A model generated the notes under the pieces. The model searched no databases, was not told the origin of the DNA, and saw nothing but the letters and a program-made list of their open reading frames with translations. 64,000 nucleotides of DNA from Yuukianura sp. NJ FZ-2021 (taxonomy: Eukaryota). The translations under genes and the position numbers were made by a program. Below are positions 32,501-44,500 of this stretch, piece by piece (the first letter of the stretch is position 1; every line of letters begins with the position of its first letter). Location: positions 248,001 to 312,000 of the forward strand of contig CM102286.1 of assembly GCA_046563655.1 (NCBI GenBank). Reading direction: 5' to 3'.

Positions 32501-35500
32501 GTGACTGCACTGTTCCACATTTTTTGTGGAAATGTAAATTGGAGCACTTGGGATTTGCATAGCTGTTTGCCACTCGCAGAGTTTGATTGAAAAAAGGCAC
32601 CAAACCGAGAAAAATGAAATTTGAAAAGGGAAATACGTTTTGTGTGCTGTGTGTCGAAGCAACTCAATTAGAGGTATTCTGAGACTGTCAAAAGAATTTC
32701 AAAAACTGGCACCGCGGGAATCTTGAGAGACTTTTTCAAATGGCATCTTTTTTAAAAAAGAAACATTTTGAGCAGGAGGTTTTGAAAAAGAGAAAGCAAA
32801 TGGAGGTTTTCTCTTCTTTTTGAAAGCTTTTCTCCGTTCACACCCCGTCGCCTTTTAATTTGCCCTCAAAATTTCTCAGCACACCTTTGGGCAAAACCTT
32901 TTAGAAATTTCCCGCGCTTTTCAAAATCTTAAGCTCTCCATGCACTGTGCGTTCTATAGAGAGAAAGTTAAAATTTAAAATAGTGAAAACTTTACAACTT
33001 TTTTCTTTTTTGCAGCCTTACTGTACGCAACAATCTTTGGTCATGTGACGACGATCATTCAGCAGATGACTTCAGCCACAGCGAAGTACCATGACATGCT
33101 GAACAGTGTGCGGGAATTTATGAAACTGCATGAGGTTCCCAAAGCACTTTCAGAACGAGTGATGGATTACGTCGTCTCCACTTGGGCAATGACACGCGGA
33201 ATTGATTCTTTGAAGGCAAGCACAACTCTAAAATTTTACTTTCCCTTGCAAGCACAACTCTAAAATTTTACTTTCCCTTGCAAGCACAACTCTAAAATTT
33301 TACTTTCCCTTGCAAGCACAACTCTAAAATTTTACTTTCTCTTCCTGGCAAGCACAACTCTAAACTTTCGCGTTCTCTTCCCCGAACTAATATTTCCTTA
33401 TGCTAACTTTTGTGGGGGAGCCCTTGAGTTGTTTACAAGGGCTTGAGAAGATGACTTAAATGTTGTCGGAAGTTGTTTACTCAGAGAACAGCGGCAAACG
33501 GGGACTTTGAAAATGCTCCCGAGGTGTCACCAAAGGGAACACAAATCCTTTTACTCTCTCCCTCTCTCCTGATTTATACCACTTTCATTTCAGTCGATTA
33601 GTCACAGACAAACAATATTTATTTCTACAATTTCAAAGAAATCAAGCAAACACACGTATACCAAATTTTAGAGTTGTGCGCCAATTCCACATTTTTCATT
33701 TTTAATGGAATAATATTAGAAAGTTAGGGTTGTTGTGAGGGTAAACACTCCGTTTTTTACACAAATAATTTTTAGCTTTTTTGTCTTCTTTTATTCATTT
33801 TGTATAAGTTAGTATTTTGGGTAGGAATGGTTGTGTAAAATCGAGTTAAAGTCGGTTGATTTGATTTTAATCGATGAAAAGTAACAAGTAGTTGGATGGT
33901 ATAGGGCATTGAACTCTGTGACAGTAAGAATAGGATTTTTGTCTTTTGTAGTTGTCAGTTGGGACTTTCCCATGGTTTTTGTTGCTTTCCAAGTGAAAAT
34001 GAGTGGTGGATGTTTTCCTATTTCTTTGATCCTTGTCAGAGGAAGTAGTCAATGTACCGAACAAGATCAAAGGAACCACTTTGAGTCATAATTCTACCAA
34101 AGGCACACAAGGGCCCCTGGTCCCTTCACAGGAACAAAGGGCCCAACTACTTGTTACAACCAAATCAATTTCATTACGAAACAAATCCTTTCTTCCTCAT
34201 TTCCAAACACAAATAACTTTTATTCTTCCCAGAAAGTGCAAATCGACAAACACTTTTTGTCTGATCTGCCTCCACTTAAAGCTCCAAATGACGTCAATTC
34301 CCAAGACACGAATATGCAAACATTTATAAAGTGCTTCACAGAACCTTTTATTTCGGATGCCCACCAATGCAAGTTTCAAATTTCAAAAAAAAAACAACAA
34401 AAAAAAAAAACAACAAGGATATCAAAATAATGATTTTGTTGCATAAGAGAGGGAGCGATAGGCATAATTCCACTGATTTTCAAAATAATCCAAAATTATC
34501 GCGATAATTTTCGATTATTTGGAAAAATTTAGATTCGCGAATCTAAAATTTTGAAGATAACTTTAATTTCGTAAACGACACTCGACGGTCACTTGCCACA
34601 CGACGACTCAATTTTTTTTCAAAAGTAGACTAATCAAACAATTATGAGTTGCAAAAATTTTGTTCTAAACTTGCGATTTTCTAAAAATAGTTTTTGTTCA
34701 GTTTGGAATGGAAGACAAAATTAGAACTTTTTTAGTTTCGAAAGTTTAAAATCAATTTGAATTTTAAATTGGGCAGACATTAAGTTTTGTACAGAAGCCT
34801 GTTTTAAATTAAGTTTTTAAAAGAGGGAAGATCAAAATTGAAATCGGATACACACAAAACGGAAGGTGGAAAGTTTTCTTCTAAAAAGAAGCGTTTGTAG
34901 GATAGAAAGTAAGCGTTTACGGATGATGAAAGATGACTTCATCACTTCCCGCCAAAAGTTTCAAGTAGCCGATTTTGTGTCATTTACTCAACAACTTCTT
35001 ACATAGTTTAATATTCAACAAAAGTTCAAAAGTTTACATAACAAGACTTCTCAGTGCCCATCTCTGCACAAAACTTTCTCCCTAACTTCACTTTCATCTT
35101 CTTTTCTCAAGAAATTTCAAGAGTGAATTTTTTAAAAACACAAACTCAAGTAGACTTTTTTGAAAGTGACAGAGCGGAAGTTTGGAAAAAAAAACACTCA
35201 TAACGCATCGTCGATCCAACCGCCCACAGTTTCCTTCTTTACTTTCTCCTTCCGTTTGAAGTCGCATCCTTTGAAACTTTGCGTAGCAACATTAGCTCTA
35301 AATTTTTTTTCGGAATGTCAAAGGTAATTGCTCCCAAACAAAGTCATCAAGGTCATGTATATTTGAATTCAAACTGTTTTTGGCGCCGTTTTTGATCGTT
35401 GAATAAGTCTAGTTTTTTGTACGCATTGCGGAGATTATTTCCAGAGGTTTGGATTAAGCCCACTTTCACTCGAATTGGGCAAAGAGAGAAAGTTATTTTT

Positions 35501-38500
35501 AGCCTCCAAGGCTCCACTCAAACCGGAAAGAGAGACCTTCACCTCCTTTTCGTTCTAAATTTGGCACGCCAAAACTTTTTTTTTGTATTTTGGAGGTCTG
35601 GTGCTAGTCTTGTTTCCATTTGCAGCTCTATCTTTCTTCTCCTGTGAAATCGATAGAGCTTCTCCTTCCGAAATGAATATTTTTTGAATCCGCGTGCCAC
35701 TTTCTCCTTCCCGCTCTCACAACACTCCAACTTCTCGACCTTTCACTTCCTCCTTGTGCTCTTGACATTATGGGGCATAACTCAACTCAAGAGCACAGCG
35801 TGCTCAAGGACGTACCACCGCTACACTTTTTTTTGAAAAGGGAAAAACAACTTGAGCAGACTTTTTGAAATAATCAGACTCTCGCGGTAAAACTTTTCAT
35901 GAAAACGAGAAATTTTTTGGACAAAAACCAATTTTTTTGGTTAGATTTTTACGTTTCTTTTAAAAACCCTTTTAGTTAAGTTGTTTAGCTAACTTTTCAA
36001 AATTTGGTCGTTTGGCTTTAAGTTGACGTGAAGCTCAAATGGAGTCTGGAAAACTGTGAAAAAAAGACTTTCCTGGCTTTCACTACTTCTCAATCATGTT
36101 CGTTCCGCTTGAATGCTTTTCTGCTCCTCTTTTCCACCGTTCATAAGGAAAGACTATTGAGTTTTGACTATGAAAGGAGAAAAGCCATTGTTTCCCTAAC
36201 CAAAACCTAATGGAGATGAATCTCTCCAAAGATCCTCTCCCGCCACTAACAAAATCATAAATCAGTTTTCCCGCCATGACACTCCCATAGTCGACTCATT
36301 CCTTTCCATTTACCTCCACCACAACACAGCATACAGGGGCAACCAATACTCTTTATCCTAATAGGCTTTAGCACCCAGGCAGTGTTGCTGGATGGATAAG
36401 ACGTTTCTGCCACTACAAGATTTCATCCGGACGAAACTCAATTTTCTCCATCGGAAACTAGCTTCTGTCAGGATGAAACCCAATTCTGTCCACTAAAAAC
36501 TGTTTCGTCCGGATGAAACTCAATTTTGTATACCGGAAACTGGGTTTCGTCCGGATGAAACCTTCCAACCAATAGATACCAACTGGATAAAATGCTTTGA
36601 AAATAGATAATTCAGCAACTCTGCAGTTAGCCTAACACTGTAGAATTGAGAGAGGGTGTTTTGCCTGCGTATGTTTAGAGGACACTATTATTTTCAAGAG
36701 AAAGTCAACAACAGTTGGGCAACGACTTCATTTTCCAAGATCACGTTTTCGTTTTTTGCTCACCTTATGTTAGTTTGAGTTAGTTTTGAGTTGAAGTACT
36801 TAATGAAGTGTGTTTTTGTGTGAAGGTGTTGAACTACTGCCCGAAAGACATGAAGGCCGACATCTGTGTCCACCTCAACCGCAAAGTTTTCAACGAGCAT
36901 CCTGCCTTCCGCCTGGCGTCAGACGGATGTCTCCGTGCTCTCGCCATGCACTTCACCATGAGTCACTCCGCCCCGGGGGATTTGCTGTACCACACCGGAG
37001 AAAGCATCGACAACCTCTGCTTCATCGTCACTGGCTCACTCGAGGTCATTCAAGACGACGAAGTGGTTGCCATCCTAGGTAAGCTCAAATAACTTTCAAC
37101 TTTAGCGCTAAAGAAGAACTCCTCGTTTCATTTTTACTTCTAAAGAGCAGGCTAATGACCTCCCTTTGAACTTTCAACGTGCTTTGGCTCCATTTCAATT
37201 TTTGACGTGATGGGGCTAAATGAAGAATCAAAAATTGGAAAAAGGGAGAGCAGTTTTTAAGGGAGAGAAAACCGATTTTTTTGGTGGTTAAGAGAAAAAA
37301 CTTGGCGGTTTTGTGGGAAAAGTGAAGGTGGAGGAAGAAAGTTTGTGAAATGATTTCATGGGAGGAAGGGCTAAGTGGGATTATACTTTTTTCATCTTCA
37401 TTTTTTGTGGGAAAAGGTGGGATGCCCGGGAAAAGAAGAGTACAGAATAATGAAATGGCGAGGGAATCATCTTTGGCTGTGGCGGGAAACTGCGCCAGAG
37501 ATGAGCTTTTTTTTTTCAAAAATGGAGATGTTGCAGTGTGGGAATTCTAAACCCCAAAAAAAGTTGATAAAAAAATGTCTGAAAAAAAAATACGTGCATG
37601 GGTGCGTGTAAATTTTGAAAATCTGCCTCAAAATTGAAACTTTACGGTACAAGGGGGCGTCGGAAGTCTCAAATCATAATTATGCTGACGAGTTTTTGAA
37701 ACCTGAAAGCTGAGTTTTAAAATATTTGAATTGTTTTGAAAAAATAAATCTAAAATTGGAATTCTCCAGTTATTAATTTAAATTGAACATTGGATAGAGC
37801 ATAAAGAATTCAAACTCGAACGTCGCAATGTAAGAGGTTATAGCCCACGTTAGTATTAGAAACTGTATTGAGGCTTAATCGACGTCTTTTCAAATTATAT
37901 TATTGGACATAAAACAAACACGAAAAAAGACAAAAAGGCATTAATAACTTCCGGCACGAATCTTTTTTACCTTCTCAAATCGTCGTGATTCTAACAAACA
38001 CTTAAATCTCAAAGTCTGAATCATTTGTAAAGCTGTAGTCTTGGAAAAATGTATCGCCTAGCATTTCTCCTTGCTTTGGCAATTGCAGCTACAATTTTGC
38101 CTTCATCCTGCTCCCTAGTCAGTTTCTCTACTGCCCTTGTAAAGGACTTTGACAACTGCGACAATTTCATTTTCTTTTTGGAAAATAACACTAACAAAGT
38201 ACTTGACTTTAACCAACTGGCACAATCACCAGTTACGCTAATTTCTTTAGCTGTTAACAAACAAGAGGAAACTACTAGAACAATTCAAAAGTTGAATTTG
38301 ACACGGTATTCACGCAGACTCCTGTGTCATCTGAACATAATCCAGTTGTATCCTACACAAAACTGGTACCGAAAATTGCACTCTGATCTCCGATGGATGT
38401 ATACCTGCGAGTACACGAGTGCACGAGTTGGTATTCCTTATTGCCGCGGTGTTGCATCACATAGCATTTGGATCTACGAAGAGATGTTGCCAGCGAAACT

Positions 38501-41500
38501 GGAAAACTATTTCTATTACACGTTTCAAACTCATTACCAGGTTCAAGTATTAAATTCTACTTATAGAATACATCTTAGTATACGTCATCCTTGTGGTACC
38601 GTCGCGACTGCAGAGGTTGCGAATCAGATGATCGCCGATGTCTCAATTCGACATTTTTTGGAACTATTGCACCATTTTACAATTAGTGGTGATGTGTGCT
38701 ACAACAGTTTCATGCTTAACAAAGCATTATATGACAGGTCCGTCGACACAAACAAAACCATTCCGCACAGAGATGCCTTCATTCTGAACCAAATCTTTGC
38801 ACCTGAAAACCATAACCAGTCTCAAATATTTTTCCACTCCCAAAGTTGGTCAACACTTATAATTTCAATTTCCCGCTGCTCTGCAAATAAAAGTTTTATA
38901 GGAGTAGTTAATAACTACAACATTGCACAAGTACCCTTCATGTTTAATATGTTTAATATTGGAAGGAACTACCACTATGTAACACTGGAAGCGCAATACA
39001 AATTCTTAGCATGTGATGGAGCACACCCCTACTTTTCACTTCAGTTTTATGCTCAGCCACTAAAGGCCGACGTCTGGATAAGTTGTCTCATCACTCTATT
39101 TGCCGCCTATACTCTGGTGGAGTTTTGGTTTCGGTTGAATGGAGTAACATCTATCTCATCCTGCATGTTTTTGTCTACAATTGTATTTGAACAGGAACTC
39201 AAACTGCCGAAGTCCAAGTCCCGAACATGGGTTTTCAACATCTTCGCCTTTACTTTAGTTTTCGGTTGTTTTCAAGTAACAAACGACTACCGTGGAATGG
39301 TTACCAGTGACCTTACGGCTCCACTGCCCTCGCAAACAGTGGAAACTGTTGATCAGGCAATCCAACTTGGATTCAAAATACTAACTGACGTAAGTGAAGT
39401 CAGTCGGCAAGAGCTCCCAATGGCGTATCTGAAAACTGCACATTTGGTGAATGTCATTGCCTTCTTAACTGCGTACAAAGTCAATGAATTCATAGCTGAT
39501 CTGTACAACACTTTTGTATACCATGTGGACGCCCAAAATAATTCCACAAAACAACGATATCAGAGTTGGATGGCCAGTATGCATTTTGAGTTTACCGACA
39601 ACTACTACGACACACTGTTGCAGGATTTTGTACGTTGCGACAAGAGAATTTTCATAGGCGACTTGTCGCAGTTGAACAAATTTTATCTGAGGGCTTATCG
39701 CCTTAACCCCTCAATTGAAATCTACTATGGAAATGAGTCTCTGTTAAAAGGAACCTTGGGTTGGACCATCTACTCAATGGACGAAGACAAAGATGAGCGG
39801 TTCCACATTCGGTTTTTGGCACTTCAACACTCTGGAATCATGCAACAGAAATACTATGGAGATAAGTCCAAGCTAACTCTGGAGGATTTCATGCATCGGA
39901 CATTCAAGTATGCTCCGCTCAACTTGCGGAACAGCATCACTTCACTCTTTTTCGTTTTTGGAGCATGCGCACTACTCGCTATTTGTAGTTTCATGTTTGA
40001 GCTACTGCTCACATGGTACTTCAAACTAAAAGTATTTTGGCTCACTGTGAAGCCTTAAAATATTTGAGAAAAAAAAGGGTAATTTTAAGGATGTAACTTA
40101 GCACTACAGGCATTAATTTTCCTTGTGTGATGGTGAAATTTTATTTTCAGTAAAATATAATTATGCCAAGTAATGAAACATTTGTGTCTCTCTGAAATGT
40201 GAATGTAAAATGGTCAACTCTTGTACATTGCATTTCGTAAATAGCAGTCTTTTTTTGACTTTCGGTTGAGTTTTGGCATGTGGCGGGATGGCGGGAACCT
40301 GGAAATTTAGAAATGAGAAAGAAGTCCCTGGAAAAGACAAAATTAGAACGCAGAGCTGGCTGCTGTTACGCTGAAAAACTCATTTCCCATTCTCATGGAT
40401 TATTAAAAGTGGCTCTTTAATTAAAATGTGAAACTTGAAACTCTTCTTATTACAAAGTACGAAACCCAGGTGATGTTTGGTCTCTCCTTATGCCCAACTC
40501 TGGAATGTTTCATCAACCCACTTTTTAAAAAATTGGAAGGCGCGCTTTGTAGAATTAGAATTCCTGTTTTGTGAAATGTGTTGGTGCTAGGCAACGCAGG
40601 AATGTTTTTTTTACCCCGTCCTGCATTTCAAGTTTTGTTGTTCTCAAAAAGCCTTTTGAGCGTGATTTATACTGTCTGATTCTTTTTTGAAATCTGGGTA
40701 CTTTTTCAAAAGTTTTTGAAAAGTAACAAAGACAGGTTCAAAGAGGTATTTCATGTACAGTGTACACTATGGTCCAAAACGCACGAAGAATATCAAGTAT
40801 GAAGTTGTTTGAATTTTGCAACAAAGAATTCCACCAAATAAGACTAGATCTGTGTAGGTTCAAAATTTCTTTTAAAGAACTGTTTGTCACTTGTTATAAA
40901 AGTTTTGCTAGTTAATTTTTAAGGGAGAGCTTTTTCGAATTTTCAAAAAACTTTTTTTTTAAAAAGTTTTCGTATCCTTCGCTTCAGATTTTTCTCATTT
41001 TCGTGTTTTTATTTTTTCTTTTTCACTCCAATTTTTTTTTGGGTTTAATAATAATACTTGCTCTCGGTGCCGCGTTTTTTTTGTTATTTCGAGTTCAGTG
41101 CCTCTGTTCAAAAGAAATGCGAAAAAGTGAAAGTGAAAAGAAGTGTTTTTGGTGTGTAGAAAGGAAAAGCATGCCTTGGAGAGAAAACTCGGTTTTCTGT
41201 CGTAGCATTCTTTTGATCTGATCATTTGGTGAGGGTGGGGAGGGAATGCATTAGAAACGAGGAGTTTGTGGGGGCGGGGTAAGAAGTCCGGATAGGATTT
41301 CTGTTAGTTCTAGAAATTACTTGAGCACCAGACTGCAACTCCCAAAGTATACAGGAAGCAACAGACCAGAAATCATGGAGAAAGCTTAAAATAGAAACGG
41401 AGTTAAAGGGCATACGAGTCGCTATTCCACTGAGAGGTTCAAAAGAAATAAAAAAAATCATTTTTTATATTAAAGCTCAACGTGCCAAACCACAAAAAAT

Positions 41501-44500
41501 GACCACATCTGAAGATTCTGACGAAAAGTCACACCTTTCTTCCTTTTAAAAAAGGGAAAGAGGAGAAAACGAGTTTGAGAAATCCGAAACTTTAAAAACT
41601 TGGGTTAGAGTAACATTTTTTTTTCGTTTCTTTTTTGGAAAATATGTGTGGCTTGGGAGAAAGTCTTAAATTTCAGGGTTGCCTAAAAGTCTGAACTGTC
41701 TGATTGGGCTTGTAGCGAGTGTGTGAGCGGGAAGCGGGATAATTCGTAGATGTTTGTGGTTTCACTGCCGGAATTTTCTGGCGGAGTTTTAGCTCTCTCT
41801 CGCCACCAGCTCAAAGTTGGAGACTTTCTCTCTCGATTCGGCCTCTGCTACTTTCTCCTGCACTTTTCAAAAAAAAAAGTTCTCCATCTCTCCGTCTCTT
41901 TTAGTATTCTGGGCGGGAAAAGTTGTAAGAGAAAAGGGAGTCGTGCTGCCCATTTTGATTTGTACTTGAACAGAGTTTCCAATCCATTCTCCCTCATTTG
42001 TAGCTTACAACTCCCAGCTATAGCTTCTTGCTTCTGCAAAATTAGGAGACAAGAAGAAGCCAGGAATAGTTGCCGCAAGGACATTGGAAACGCTCATTTC
42101 AAACATCTTGTTCCATTTCAACATAATTGCTTCATCCAAACATTTTTACTCTCACAAGTTTCGGTTTCTCATTTCTCAAAGTCATTGACTTTCCATTCTT
42201 CAGGTCATTGACTTCTGACATTTAAAAAACTATTATGCTGTGCTAAAAACAGGAATTAGACACAGTTTAGACAAAAAAGTGGAAATTCCGATCATTTTTT
42301 GAAAAACAAAAGATTTTGTGCCAGACTGATCATTTCTTTTTCGCAACTGAAGTAGACTCACTGCGTCTTTTTGTGTAAAGCTCTTTAATTCGTTTTTTTT
42401 AATTGTGATCTTTTTTTTAAAAAAGGTTGTTTTTCTCGTTTTTTTTTGTTTACTTTTTAAGTTTTTAGAACGAGGAGGAGGATTTAGAAGTTGAGCAGTT
42501 AAGCTTTCAGGAAAGGTTTATTAAGAAAATATTTCGGAAATGTAACTTTGCCAAAAACTTTTTTTTTCACGAAGTCTTTTGTTTTTTCGAAAACTGTCAG
42601 TTTAAAGAACTTTTGCCTCTTTACTGTACATTTTCTCTCCAAAGTTGATTTTTCCGTGTCCTTCGAAGTGGAACTCATTTTTCTTTTTTAGTTAACTTTG
42701 TCTTTCAACTTCAAAGTCAAGGATTTTCGTACATTCCCTTGGCAGAGTCTAATATTTCTTACTTGCAAAAAACTACAAAGAGCTTTTCCCTTTTTCAAAA
42801 AGTAACCTCACGAGAAATAGAAATTAAAAAAGAGTTGAGTTTTCGGTTTCTGTTTTTGGAACAAAAAAAAAAACGATTTTTTGTTTCCCATTTTGAACTC
42901 GAAGAAATTGAGTTCAATACTTAATTAACTTTTTGAATTTCAACCTCTAAAGTGTTTTCAAGGCGGTCCCACTTTAGTCAAAGTTGCAAAATCCTTTGTC
43001 AAAAACTCCTCGTTTTCAAAAAAATTGAAAGATGTGCATAATTTTTTTAAAACATGCAATTTAATTCGAAAATCTTAAAAATCTTGTGCTCGAGGTACCG
43101 TTTTCAGACTTCTAAAACCGGAAAACACAAAATTTAGAAATAAAAATTACTACACAAGTATTTTTTGTGTTAAAGCCCCAAAAACATGAAGTTTGAAATG
43201 GACCATTGCGGATTGTCGTTTCAATTTGTATATTCTTGGATATTTCTACTAAAGTTGTGAGAAAAAGGAGAAAGTGAGTGCAGCCATAAAAATTTTTGTT
43301 CCGTGTTCAATTCGGTTTTTCCGAAGGCAATAAAGGACTTAAAAGGAAGAAAAAACTTTTATGTTTTCAGTTAATTGCTTTCCTAGCGCCTCACAAACTT
43401 CCACTTTCTCCGGGAAGTGAAAGTACGAAAACCTTAAGACTTGAGATGAACATTTCCTTAGCACATTTTCAAAACTTGTAATTTTTAAAAATGGTTTCAG
43501 GAAAGGGAGACGTGTTTGGAGATGCCTTTTGGAAATCAGAGTATCGTGACAGCGTTGGGCAATCCGCTGCCAACGTTCGAGCTCTCACTTACTGTGATTT
43601 GCACACGATTAAACGTGACAAATTACTGGAAGTCCTGGACTTCTATGCTGCCTTTGCCAACTCATTCTCTCGCAACTTGGTTCTGACGTACAATCTTAGA
43701 ACGAGGGTAAGGAAGCTATATATTTTCAAAAAAAAACTTTTTCAAAAAAAATGCAGTCTTAGAAAAACAACATTTCTAAAACAGACTTTTCGACTTAAAC
43801 TCCTGACAGCAAGAAACTAGTTGCAAAGCCAAAAATATTTCATGTTCCGATTTTTTTTATTTTTTAATGATGTTGGTAAATGTCATTGACATTTTAAAAA
43901 TACAGCGGAAACAACAAATGAATTGATTTCTGAGGAAATACAAATGTACAGTATGAATCTAAAGTACTAAAGTACAGGGTGAACCTAAAAAGTTGGTTCA
44001 GAATTGGCGGAAATGAATTGAAATTCTATTAGATCCTGCTTTCTTTTCTACGCGCGTTTCCATTTCCATTTCAGTTTGAAAAGTTACCCGGAAAACGAAG
44101 AAAAAACCGGGGAAATTCAAAATTAATCGCAGAATCAATTTCGAAATGCGTGTTTCCAATTTTTTTGTTACTTAAAATGTTATACTTTTCTTTTCATTTT
44201 TTTCGATCCAACTCCCCAATTTTTTACTCATCAACAAAAACTCTTAAGTTAAGATTTTTTTTCACTTTATGGGCGGGTTTTGCCAAGAAATTTTGACTTT
44301 CTAACTTTCACTTTGCCTTTTGAAAGTGCTAGGCTTAGTGCTATTCGCATTACATGAATTTTTCATAAACTTTTTCTCTCTCCCGGTAGTTAATCTTCCG
44401 AAAAGTAGCGGATGTGAAGCGGGAGAAGGAATTGGCTGAGCGGCGCAAGAACGATCCACAGCTCGACACTACCCAGGACCATTTAGTACGCAAACTCTTT

